Assembly (NCBI GenBank): GCA_958009085.1
Contig: OY253671.1
Location: 1,550,001 to 1,614,000 of the forward strand
From: Protoeuglena noctilucae
Taxonomy: Eukaryota
Length of the DNA: 64,000 nucleotides
Direction: 5' to 3'
The stretch's first letter is position 1; the number at the start of each line of letters is the position of its first letter. Shown here in pieces: positions 50,790 through 64,000 of this stretch. A program made the position numbers and the translations under genes. The notes under the pieces were generated by a model. It ran no database searches. It saw only the letters and a list, made by a program, of their open reading frames with translations, and was not told where the DNA came from.

Positions 50790-53700
50790 ATGGCGATGGC
50801 GGTGAGCGACTGATGCGCCCAGTGCTATGCTCCTCGTATACATCGGCATTCCCGGCTAAGTCCTAGTAACCCTTTCCTCGCTTCCCCCAGGGCCGCCGCG
50901 CGCACCCCCACGTGAGGGCGGACACCCCGGCCGGCCGAGAGGGCGTCGACCGCGCCGCGCCGCCCCCGCCCGTGCGATCCGAGCAGGGATTCCGGTGCGC
51001 ATGAGTCATTGGCAGTCAGCTTGCATCCTCGCCAGCACCCGCAGCATGCCGACCGTCACGGCAAGCGCTTTACTGCACAGGGCCAGGTGATTGCATCCCT
51101 GCTCGCTCCTATATCCGCAGCATATACGACTCGGATGACGAGGGAGGGGATTCGGGACGCCGCCGCGCCTTGGTCCGTGCGGGTGATGCCGTGATGGGTG
51201 CCGAGGAGGCGGGGTCAGTCGAGGCGCTGATGGAGCGGCTGGTGCGGAGGGGGCGGCTGATGGACGCAGAGAGGGCGTTCCGGAAGTGGGCCTTTGCGGT
51301 GAGCGACGGGAGAGTTATTACCATGCAGCACAGTCAGTGCTAAGTGGCTACATCTGCGCTCATGCCATGCACTCATGCCACGCATGCAAGCCATACACTC
51401 ACGCCACGCATGCACCCCCTCTGCAGGACCCCAGCCACCCTCGCCCCCCCTCCCTGGGCCCTCCCCGCCCCAGCCTGGCAGCCACGCGCCTGTACCTCCG
51501 CGCATTGATCGGCGCCGGCATCAAAGGCATCGCGGCCCACGCACCACCCCACGCAGTGCCGTGGGTGCGGCATAACCGAGCAAGGGAGGCCATCGCTCTC
51601 TATGCGGATTTGGAGGCGCGCAGGGGGGGCGACCCCGCACAGGGAGTGAGCGCGCTGGTCGAGGAGCTGGCGGCACAGGTGTCAGCAAACCTCGCATTGA
51701 CCGAGGACGAGCGGCTGACCCTCGTGGGCGCGGCTGAGTGGGCCATGGCAGAGCACGGCGCCGCACCATCTGCCGCCGCGCGCGTGTGTTTGGCCGAGTG
51801 TCTGCTGCGCGCCGCCAAGGCCGCTGAAGCCCTCGCGTGGCTCGCCGGCGCCGCGCACCCCTCGCCCCCCGAGTGGGCCGCGGTGCGGCTGGCACAGGTG
51901 GCCAGCCTGGCTTTGGCAGAGCTCGCGGCTCAGGGGACGCCGCTGCGGGAGGTCCTCGCTTGGGCGCGACGCATGGCATCCGCAGGCGTCCACCCCAGCC
52001 CCCACGCCCTCCACGCACTCGCCACCACCGCATGCGACGCCCGTGACTCCAACGCCGCCCTCGTCGCCACCCGGGCGCTCCTCGCTTCTGTCGCCGCCTT
52101 TGCCGATCGACGCGGCCGCGTCCACGTCCTCCCCGCACGCGCATCCCCCGCCCTCTGCGAGTCGCTGCTGGGGGTGGCGGCCGCGCTGGGCCACGCTGCG
52201 TTGGCCGAGGCGGCGTGGGAGCTGGCGGTTAGGTCCCTGCACGTGCCCACGCCGCCCGCGCACTGGCGCCCACTCACGCTCTGCCGGATGCCGGGCGATG
52301 GGGGAAGAGGGGCCGAGTCGGGTCTGTGGGAGCGCACGGGGCTGCCGGGAAGAGGGGCGGGGTGGAGGCCGGGAGCGGTGCTGGAGGGCGCACGGCGCAA
52401 GGGGGGGGCGCAACGTCGACTAGCGATACTGCGGGCGAGGGAGGTGGCGAGGGCGGCGGCCCTGGCGCGGCTGGCGGAAAGCGGGTGGAGCGCGGGTGCG
52501 GGTGTGGTGGAGGATGACAGGAGGGGCTTGGCGAGTGAGGCGGAGTGGGGCGAGGGGGAGCAGGCGTGGGCACACCGACGACGGATCAACGCCATGATCG
52601 CGAGGGAGCTGGTGAGGGGGCATTGGGGATGCTGTGTGTGTGAGGAAGCTGGTGAGGGCGTTGGGGATGATGGGTGTGTGAGGGAACTGGTGAGGCATAG
52701 GAGATTCGCGCAAGCAAGGGGTCTGTCCTGGTGTGAGGCGTGGATATTGTGGTCTCTGAGCAGTGAGCCAAAGTCAACTGCTGTCTTCGCAGAGCTCTGC
52801 GGAATTGGACCGCGCCGCCGCGGAGATGCTAAGCAGTGGGGCTATGGAAGGGCCGAGCACACATACCCGGCATGGCACAGCAACAGAGGGCGATGGGGAC
52901 GTGGATGGCGTGGATGGCCAGACTGACCTGGTGGACCCATCAGCGACCCTCTACGTCAGCTCTCTATCGCTGCGCCGCGCGGGGGACGCCCCCGCCCCCG
53001 TGCAATGGCACGTCGATCTTTTCCACACCCACGCCATGACGAGCGCACAAGAGGCCAGTCGGGACCCATTGCACGCGTCCGTGCTGCCGAGGGCCTTTGC
53101 ACCAAGCGGGGAGGTGGCGGTGGAGCCGAGCGAGAAGCCGAGCGAGGGGCAAGGAGACGAACAGGGTGTTGCGGGGGGGCAAGGGGATGCAAAATGGGAC
53201 GCACGGGATGGTGGCACTGGTAGTGTTGCGTGGGCGGAGGCGGTGTTGGCGGAGGCGCGGGAGAGGGAGCTGGAGCGGCGAGTGAGGTTCGAGAGGGCTG
53301 TGCGGGCGGAGATGGAGTGCGCGCCGGGGTGAGGAAGGGAGGGGCGGAGTTTGCAATCAGCAGCTACGGCGGGGCACAAGACACCAACACACTCGCACAC
53401 CGTCACAGAGCCCAGATAGTGATGGCTGCGGTTCACTTCATCCCTTCTTGCCGCTCTCCCCCCCAGGTGGCGCGTGCGCCCCCCCTCGGCCGTGCTGTAC
53501 CACGGCCTGGCCCATGTGTTGGCGTGGCAGGGGGACCTGGAGCGCGTGTGCTGGGTGGTGGCGGCCCTGCAGAGGGACTACCCCTGCTCGCCCGCGCCTG
53601 CCCCGGCGCCGCCCGTGGCCGTGGAGGGGGGAGAGGGGGGCACGCGGGTGACGGTGTCGCCGGCTGAGATACTGGTGAGGGGACTGGACTTCCATTCCTA

Positions 53701-55231
53701 GTGTGTGGGGCGCATCGCGGGGATTGACAGGGTGTCGCATTCGCAGTGACGCTGTGTCATGGGGCAAACCCTTTTGATCCCCATTCGATACAGCCCTTGC
53801 GCTCGAGATGTACAGTGCCTGACCGCTCACGACCCTGCACCCCCACACCCCACGCAGCGGAGGCGCAACATGGAGTTCCAATCGTGGGAGGCATTGGACG
53901 CCATCGCAGCCGCAATGTCCCCCAGAGCCGTGGCCACCGAGTGAGGGCCTCGTCGCGCGACACAAGACGCAGTCCATGCAATGCACACAGCGCTGTGCAG
54001 CTGGTGTCAGCTCCCATCCAAACATTCGTTTAGTCACGCCGCATCCTCTCTCGCACCCGCGCAGGGCCGTGTCGCAGCTGGCATGGCTGCAGAAGGAGGG
54101 GACGTTCGTGCCCAGGCCCGTCCTCGACTGCGCACGTGAGTCCCGCGGCCGTATGCAACAAGTGGGCGTGTCATGCATACTACTGTGCACCCAGGCAGTG
54201 CCTTTCTGATTACAATGACGACACCACAGATACCCCAGCGACCCACCCATGGCATGACTTGCACGACACTAACCCTTCTTCACCCATGGATCCACGCACT
54301 CATCTATTCTCCTATCATCCCCGCAGTGGTGGCGCTGTCGGATTCGTACGACCTCGAAGGCGCCATCCGCCTCTTTGAGACCATGGAGCAGTCGTTCGGG
54401 CAGGCGCCCTCCACGCAGAGCCACTCCGCCATCATGCGAGGCTGCCTCGTCAACGGCAACCCGGGCGCCGTGCTCTCAAGTGCGTACACACACATGACAC
54501 ATGACACACTCACTTGCAGCATGTGCCCCGGCTCTCGGCTGCCGCACCGCAGACCCTCACTGGCACTCCCTTCCGATGCCTCGCACCGCAGTCGGCGAGG
54601 AGATGCAGCGCGCGGGCGTCGACCCGGATCGCCTGGCCCTGGAGGCAGTGGTTCAAGCCCATCTGGCGCGGTCCGAGCTGGAGCTGGCAGCCGAGGGGCT
54701 GGACGCGATGCTGGGGAGGCAGATGACGCCCAGCACGCGGCTGCTGACGGCGTTCACCCTCAAAGCCACGCGGCTGGGGGACGAGGGGGCGCTGCAGGTG
54801 CCCAGGGTGCAGCCACGGGCGGGCTGCGGTGCGTGCGCACTCGTGCATGCGATTGACATCCTGCTTCCTTACTGTCCTCCGCAGTGGGTCGCCGGCGTGC
54901 TGCAGTTCCTGCAATACTACCCTTCTCAGCTGTCCGCCATCGAGCGGCGCTGGCGGGGGAGCGCGGGCGCCAGGAAGCCCTCCCTGCTCGGCAAGGTCCG
55001 CGAGTTCCTCAAGCACGCGCCGTCCTACCCTGAGGTGAGCGAGATGGCGCTGGTTCCGCGCAGCTGACTCCGATGGAGGGCGCGACACGGCAGGCCCCGC
55101 GTGCGCCGCAGGCCGAGACGTCGTTGATCGGGCGTGGACTCGACGAGGAGGTCAAGCTGATCGCCCGGCACGACGAGAAGGCCGCTGCGGCTGCTGCGAG
55201 CGCCATGGGGGCGGTAGAGAAAGACCGATAG
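50790..55231 (+). CDS. Pentatricopeptide-repeat (PPR) protein, probably organellar
   Basis: PPR-like helical units: RMASAGVHPSPHALHAL, PSAVLYHGLAHVLAWQGDLERV, DLEGAIRLFETMEQSFGQAPSTQSHSAIMRGC, EEMQRAGVDPDRLALEAVVQAH and AMLGRQMTPS. From memory it resembles the plant mitochondrial At1g26460-type PPR. The 5' exons are tentative; the last exon 55111-55231 assumes an intron after SYPE. Confidence 0.75.
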
Positions 55232-55367
55232 CACCCGCCCGGACAGGGCTAGGTACACCCTCTTCTGACACGCCGGCGTCGAAAATCGACAAGAGCTGGC
55301 GCCCCCGCCCCGCCCCACCCCTCTCTCACTAGCCTACCTGGCGTGGAACCCAGCTCGCGGGGGAAAG

Positions 55368-56374
55368 ATGGCCGAGGAGCAGCACGATCTCACCTTCGAG
55401 AATGCCGACGCCGGGGCTTCTCACACGTTCCCCATGCAGGCGGGCGCCATTAAGAAGGGTGGTCACATCGTCATCAAGGGGCGCCCCTGCAAGGTGGGCC
55501 GGGGGCGACCGCAGGCCGTTGCTCCTCCGCCTGCTGGATCGGTCCGCGGCTCGCGCTGGCCGTCACGGGCCCGATGGAGGCCCCTCAAGGCTCTCCGGGC
55601 GCCACTGCGCGCTGCCCGGCCGCGAGTCCGCCGCGCCCCCCTGCTCGGCCGTCAAGGCGGGCGGGTTGCGCGCACGCGCAGCACCGGCCCATTTCGCGAA
55701 TTTGGCCGCCGGTGCATTCCGCCGGGTCCCCCGCCGGGCCCGCGCGACCCGCGCCGGCCTGGAGGGCGGCAGGATGGGCCCGGGGCCCCCGCGCCGCCGA
55801 GCGAGCCTCCCGGGGTGCGAAGGCGGCGACGGAGCCCTCCCTGGTGCCGCAGGTGGTGGACGTGTCCACCTCCAAGACCGGGAAGCACGGCCACGCCAAG
55901 TGCAACTTCGTGGCGGTCGACATTTTCACCAACAAGAAGTACGAGGACATGTGCCCCTCCTCTCATAACTGCGAGGTGCCCACAATCAAGAGGGCGGACT
56001 ACCTCCTGCTGGACATCTCGGAGGACGGCTTCGTGTCGCTGATGGACGAGGCGACGGGTGCGCCCCTGCCGCGCTGCGCCTGGCCGCTCGGCCCGCCGAA
56101 TCTTCCTTCGCTGACCTGTGCCGCGGCTCCGACTCTAGCCATCGGGAGGTGCCGCGAGCGACGCCGTGCTGAGATCCATTCCCTGGACCCTGCCGCAGGC
56201 GACACGCGTGACGACCTGAGCCTGCCCAAGGGCACGGATGAGCTGGACAAGCTGGCGGCGGACCTCAAGGCCGCGTTCGACGAGGGCAAGGAGCTGCGCG
56301 TCTCCGTCACCGCGGCCATGGGCGAGGAGATGATCCAGGCCCTCAAGACGGCCACCGACGTCACGGCGTCCTGA
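55368..56374 (+). CDS. eIF5A: Eukaryotic translation initiation factor 5A
   Basis: Three exons: [47 protein letters not shown] (hypusine motif)...|[17 protein letters not shown]. Confidence 0.97.
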
Positions 56375-56878
56375 GCGCGCGGCTCGGCTGGCGGCGAGCA
56401 GTGCATTGGCCAGGGGATGTCTTCGTGCTGCGGCTCGCGCGTGCTGGACCAGACGGGCTTTGCTGAGAGGCTTGACAGGGACGGCACGTCCTCGTGTCTT
56501 TGCTTGGTTGGAGGAGTAGAGGGCGTCTCTGCGCTGCGATGCCGCGCCCATCGTGGGGCTCTGGTAGGCTGACACTGGGAGCCGCCGGGCTTTGAATGAT
56601 CGTCTTGACGCTCGAGCCTGCGGTTGAGGGCCTGCATCGGCCTCCGTGAACTCGCCCCTGTCCCGGCCGCTCGCCCACGCGACGCTGCATGCCCATCATG
56701 CGCAAGCTCGTGCCCCTCACGCTTGCAAAGCGCCGAAATGGCTTTACCCTACGCTAGGGTTTCTGCCTGGCGGGCCCAGCGGGTCTGCGAGGCCGCTCCA
56801 CCGTCCCCGCAACTTCCATTGCGAAAGGGAGTGGAACACAACCCTTCCTTCCCTTTCTCCTCCGTCATCCCGGCCACC

Positions 56879-58736
<1,858 letters not shown>

Positions 58737-59297
58737 CGCGGCGACGAGGGCGAACGGGGCGGCGTGGCCTCAGCCGACATTGGTGTGATGCGCAGCGGAT
58801 TGCGACTGGGGCGGTCGGACCGGGCTTGTGTGCATGTGCCCATAATGCTGCCTTACGTAGCAGTCATCGCTCTCCGCGCTTGGGTCGCGAGCGGAGAGCC
58901 GAGTAGACAATTCGAAAAGTCGGCCCTTGAAACGATTTGAGGGATCCCGGGCGTTTCAGCGCCAGACACCGGCCCTGCGTGCCCAGGAGACGACGCTGGG
59001 GCGGCCGGGCCTCGCAGTGACTGAGAGCGATCATAGTATTCTCGAGCTGCGAGCGTCGTGTGCCTCTCCGAGCCGCAGAAACAGCACAGCACACTTCTTT
59101 GCCTAGCGTTTGCTCCTGCCACTCCTGGGAGTCGTGTTTCCGCTCACGTTCGTCATCTTCGGCTTTCCATAGGCGCAGGCTGATTGTAGTGTGCTTGGCT
59201 GGCTCTGGGGATGCCGCGCAGCATTCATTTCACGCGGCAAGGGGTGGCGGGATCTCGCACTGGCCGGGAAACCGGGTTTCGGCGGTAGCGCGTCGTC

Positions 59298-62200
59298 ATG
59301 CTGATACCTTACGGCTTTCCCACTGTCTGGGCCCTCGGGCAGGGGACCGACGGGGCCAGCGCAGGCCAGGATGGGGACCCTGAGAGTGAGGCCGCGCTCG
59401 TTGCGCGCCCATCGCCGAACCGCGCGAGCTATGCGCTCGCCGCGATCCTGCCAGTGAGCTGTCGCATCATCGCTACCGATCCGCGCCCCGAGACATGCCT
59501 GTTAACTTCCAGGCTTTCCAAGGTTCCCACCCCTGCCAGGACTTGTCTTCACCCACCAAGCCCCCCCTTCCCTGCGACACGCAGAGACGACTGCGCTCAA
59601 GGTGCTCTCCACGCCCTCCCTCATGGCCGTGCTCACCTCCCGCGGCCTCGAGGTGTGGTCGGCCGGGCGCGACCGCCACTGCGTCGCACGGTGGGCCGCT
59701 CCCCCGGGGGAGGCCCCCATCGATTTCTGCCTGTGGCCGTCCGCCCCCGCCGCCGCGGTGCTGTGCGCCCCCGACGCCCTGCATCTGCTCACATGGAAGG
59801 AGACCTGGCAGACGGTGGCGGGGTCTCCGGTCCCATCCGCATCGGTGCAAGTGCGACACGTGGCAAGGGTGCCCGCGAGGGCAGGCGCCACGCCGGTGAT
59901 CCTCGCGGGCGGCGCCGTGGGTCTCGTGCAGCCGCGCGGGGCCACCGCCGACCCGGGTGCTGCCCCGGTGGCGCTGGCGGGTGATGCGGGCGCGGTGGCA
60001 GTCGCCTTTGTGGACGGCAGCCTGCTGGCCGTGTCGTGGGCCGGGCGGCCCCTCGGCCTCGCATCCGCCGCGCATTGGGCGGCCGACGCTCCCCGCGACA
60101 CCCCCTCTCCAGCTGCGGAGGTGGCGGTGGGGGGAGGGGTTGCTGCGGTGCGCATGCCGGGGCTGGGGGTGGCAGTGTGCGCGCTCCCATCGCCGGGAAT
60201 CGCCGGGGTGCCCCCGCCGCCCGGGGATGCGTCGCTGCTCCCCTCCCCCGCCTCCCTGCCCGGGTCGCTGCTGGTGACGGAGGGGCGGGGACCGTGTGCT
60301 TTGGCGTTGGCGGCGGATGGCGACTGGCTGGCCGTGGGGATGGAGAGCGGCACCGTCGAGCTGTTTCAGACACGGGGGGGGACGGCAGGGGCGGACAAGT
60401 GAGGCTCACTCGTGCCTGCCATTGCGTGCCTGCCCACCCATGTCGCTGCCCATTCGTGCTTGTGCGCAACACGCCCCAACATGCATGCTACCCTGTGTCT
60501 GTCTCCCCTGCAGCAGTGACCCCCTCCCCTTCGCGTGGCTGCGCCCCTCGGACCTCGGTGACCCCCACCCCGGCGCCGTCACAGCCCTGGCATGGTCACC
60601 CTGCGCCACCACTCTGGCAGTGGGATACGCATCCGCACCCGTCGCTCTATGGTCTCGCGCCGGCCACCGCCTGGCCTCCCTTGGCCCCGACACGGCGTGG
60701 ACGCCCGGCAAGCGCGGCGTGTTGGCCACCGGTGCTCGGTCCATTGCCTTCGCTGCCCACGGCGCATTCCTGGCCGCTGTGGGGGGCAGTCCCGACGACA
60801 GGTGACGATGACGATGACGATGGGGAGGGTAGTTAGTACACAAGAGTGAAAGATGTTGCGGGTGCATATAGCAGTTGACGATGACGGTGGGGAGGGTAGT
60901 TGGGGCAACGGTGATGGATGCTGCGGATTGATGGCAGTTGGCAGTTGTATCACTCCCCGCATCCCTCACTCCATCTTCGATCCCTGTTCACTCGACTGCA
61001 ATGTTATTGCTCACACCTCACGTCATCATCTCTCCACTCTTCTCTCCCCCAGTCACGCGGTGGTGGAGGTGGGGCTGGCGCGCGCCCCCTCGGGCCTCCA
61101 CCCGCAGCCGGCGATGGGCCCCGTCGCTGGGGGGAGGAACGCGGACGCAGCGGCGGCGGCACCGGGGGCGGCTGGGCGTCGTCACTGCGCGGCGATGGTG
61201 TACGGGGATGGGGTGCTGCTGGTGGGGGTCGACTCACCGCAGGTGACTTTGACAATGGGGGCGGGGGTGGTTGGGGTACTGGTGGTTGTAAAGTAGTTGT
61301 ATGGTTGCTATTTAATCTCAATTGTTCGCATGTTCCATTCACTCTCCATAGCAGTACTAACCAATCTCCCCCTCCCCTCCCCTGGTCTCTCCCCCAGGGT
61401 TCCCTCCCCAGCCACGACCGCATCCACGCGCACGTGATGGCCGTGCCTGCCCCCGAGGCGTACCTCGCCCACTGGCCTCTGCGCCACGTCGCATGCCGGG
61501 GGGACGCGGTGGCCGTCGCGGGGTGCAGGGGGGTGGCAGGTAAATGGGTGGGGGGGTGGCTATGCAGGTGGCTAGCAGGGACTGATGAAGCATCTCTGTA
61601 CTCACCACAACTGCTGTGCTCTCCAACTGCATAGCTGTGCGGTTGCCGCTACGGTCACACCGACTCTGCGACATCACGTCTCTCCCTCTCTCACCCGCAG
61701 TACACTCCCTGCCCTCCTCCCGCTGGCACCTCTGCGGCGATGCTCACCACGAGCGATCTTTTACAACTATTGCCATCGCATGGGCAGATGACCACCTCGC
61801 CCTCCTCACCACCCCACCGCCGCAGCCGGGCACGCCACCCCACGCGCACCTTGTAAGCAGTGACGCCCCGTCTGGGCCCATCACCCTGCAGGCGAGAGAG
61901 AGGGTGTTGTTACACATGCATGCAACATGACAGCACTGTTGCCACACACCACCATTGCCACCGCCACCACCACCCCATCCATGCCCCCCTCTCCCCTCCC
62001 CCCCAGGTCTACGCCCACGGCCGCCTCTCCCCCGACACCCTCGCCACCTGGGACCCTCCCCTCCACCGCACCCCCATCGCCCTCTGTGCCGCACGCACCT
62101 ACCTCGCCGTCGCCCTCGCCCCATCATCGGACTCACCCCTCACCGTCGAGATCCTCACCCTCACCGACTCCCCATCCCCACCACATCTAACACCCCAGCG

Positions 62201-64000
62201 CCTGGCATCCGTGGACATCGCAGACGCACCCCCTTTACCAATGACCACGGCCCTGCTGCTGAGCGCGCCCCACGCGACGGGGCCCGCCCCGCCATGGCTG
62301 CCCCCCGCCGGCCCCGGCCACCGCCTGCGCCCCTCGCATCTGGCAATGCTGTCCGGGTCTCAATCGCGCACGCTGTCGGTCGCCTCTCTGCGCACCGGCC
62401 GTGCGGCGCCTGTGGCGGTGAACGTCAACGCGGCGTGGACGCCCGGGGTGGCGGCGCTGGGGCAGAGAGACACGTGAGTGGGGGCGGTAGAGAGGGAGGA
62501 GTGATGAGGGTAGATACGTGAGTGGGGGTGGCAGAGGGGGGGGGTTGTGATCAGGGGGGATGCGTGTGATGGTGCGGCATAGCTGTGTCGCCATTCTGCT
62601 CTGTGTTTGCCACTCATGTCGCCCTCATGTTCACCACCCCCCCCATGTACCCACTCCCTCTCATGTTCACCACTCCCCCTCATGTCACCACTCACATGCC
62701 ACCCTCATATCCCTCCTCACTCACTCACTCACCCTCTCCCCTCCCCCCCAGTCGCTCCTCGTGGCCCCGCCCCGACGCCCGCGCCCCCTCGGCCGCCCAC
62801 GCATCGGTGGGGTCGCTGGGATCGATGGGATCGGTCAGTTCTCTCAAACTGGACCTGCACACCGTCAGGGAGGCAGTCGCGTACCCACACGGGCCCGGTG
62901 AGGGGGGGTGGATGGATGCGATTGGCAGAGACATCACTGATGATCAAGCGCACAGCTGATGACCGTGATGCTGCTGTGGCCATGCGCTGCAGTGCGGTGG
63001 TGTGCTGTCTGCTGCAGTTGTCATACATTGCGCTGCTGTCGTGCATTGCATTGCATCCATCCACAAAATGTCACCCCCCCCCCTCCCTCCCCCAGGTCTC
63101 CCCCGCCCCCCCCACCCCCTGTCCGGCACCGCGCGTGAGATGGCGTCCATGTCTGACCTGGGCAGGCTGCTCGACAGGGCAGCACACGTGCACGGGGTGC
63201 CCACGGGGGTCACCTCACCCGCCCAGGCGAGAAAGGGTGGGGGTTCATACTGCTGTCGATCTCATTACGATCAACAGCAGCGCTTGCTGTCTCCAGTGAC
63301 ACTCACTCACTCACTCCCACACTCCCACACTCACCCGCTCACTCACTCAGTCCCTCATTCACACCTCCCCCCCCTTCACTCCCCCCCAGTCCCGCCCCTC
63401 CCTCGACGCCCTCTTCCCCACTCACACTCACACACACAGACACACTCTCACTCACTCTCACCCATTCACAATCCCGTCTTCTCCCCCCCAGGCCCGCCCT
63501 TCCCTGGACGCCCTCTTCCCCCTCTCCCCCTCCCGCGCCGCATCCACCACCGCACTGCTGCCGCCCTGGTGGGTGGTGGGAGCCGGGGGACTACACTGCG
63601 CCCACCCATCGGCATTGACAGCCGTGGATGCAGACGCACCGATGACCACCATGGCTGCGCCACCCAACACAATGGTTGGTGCTATGACGAGTGGTTCTGG
63701 TGTCACGTCTACCGTTGGTGTCACGTCTACTGCTGGTGTCACGCCTATTGCGATGTCTATGGCAACTGCTGGTGTCATGGCATCTCCTGACATGGTGGAT
63801 GCTGCATCTCCGGGTGACGTGCCTGTGGACCAGGATCACGTGACAGTGGGGCTCGACTGGCAGGGGGGGGCGGTGGTCACGATGAGGCGAGTGCGCGAGA
63901 GGGGGGGGGCGGTAGCGAAGCATATGATGCGAGTGGCTGTATTGGGCACTCGTTGTACTAACCAATCAACCAACAATCGCCTGTGTCATCGCGATTGCCA
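59298..64000 (+). CDS. RIC1: RIC1 (Rab6/Ypt6 GEF complex subunit), 5' part; continues beyond the window
   Basis: MLIPYGFPTVW start, GLEVWS, WD-like GAVTALAWSP..LAVGY, and PEAYLAHWPLRHVACRGDAVAVAGCRGVA|VHSLPSSRWHLCGDAHHERSF. These match the recalled RIC1 motif (Y..NWP...A...LAVAG..G......W..FG...QE). Confidence 0.75.
63698..63780 (+). repeat. 18-nt tandem repeat (tggtgtcacgtctacygc-like, about 4.5 copies), probably coding GVTSTV-like units
   Basis: tggtgtcacgtctaccgt tggtgtcacgtctactgc tggtgtcacgcctattgc ... tggtgtcatgg. Confidence 0.7.

Overview
This is eukaryotic, GC-rich, intron-dense nuclear DNA. It most likely comes from a flagellated green alga, based on a CFAP61 gene, a HemC with a plastid transit peptide, a PPR protein and an aCRY-type photolyase. 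By hand splicing I reconstruct about 16 genes: CFAP61 (partial), ALG13, a duplicated-domain/TFIIS-N-like protein, an orphan, a RAMA-Tudor-F-box protein, a GPI-type secreted RRL-repeat protein, BCAT, NAD-IDH, two orphan membrane proteins, a (6-4) photolyase/aCRY (spanning a 200-N gap), a CaMKK/GRIK-like kinase with a split cNMP-binding domain, a PPR protein, eIF5A, HemC and RIC1 (partial). Most listed long ORFs are GC-shadow frames. The most striking non-gene signal is about 30 'splice-junction echoes': decayed 15-50 nt copies of an exon end plus its splice site, lying 40-250 nt inside the adjacent intron. Also seen are many GC-AG introns, G-rich-5'/C-rich-3' intron polarity and several head-to-head gene pairs. 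Protein-level oddities include an ALG13 with a C-terminal TM helix ending in RDEL. All family assignments are by eye from recalled motifs, with no database search, and exon boundaries are manual.
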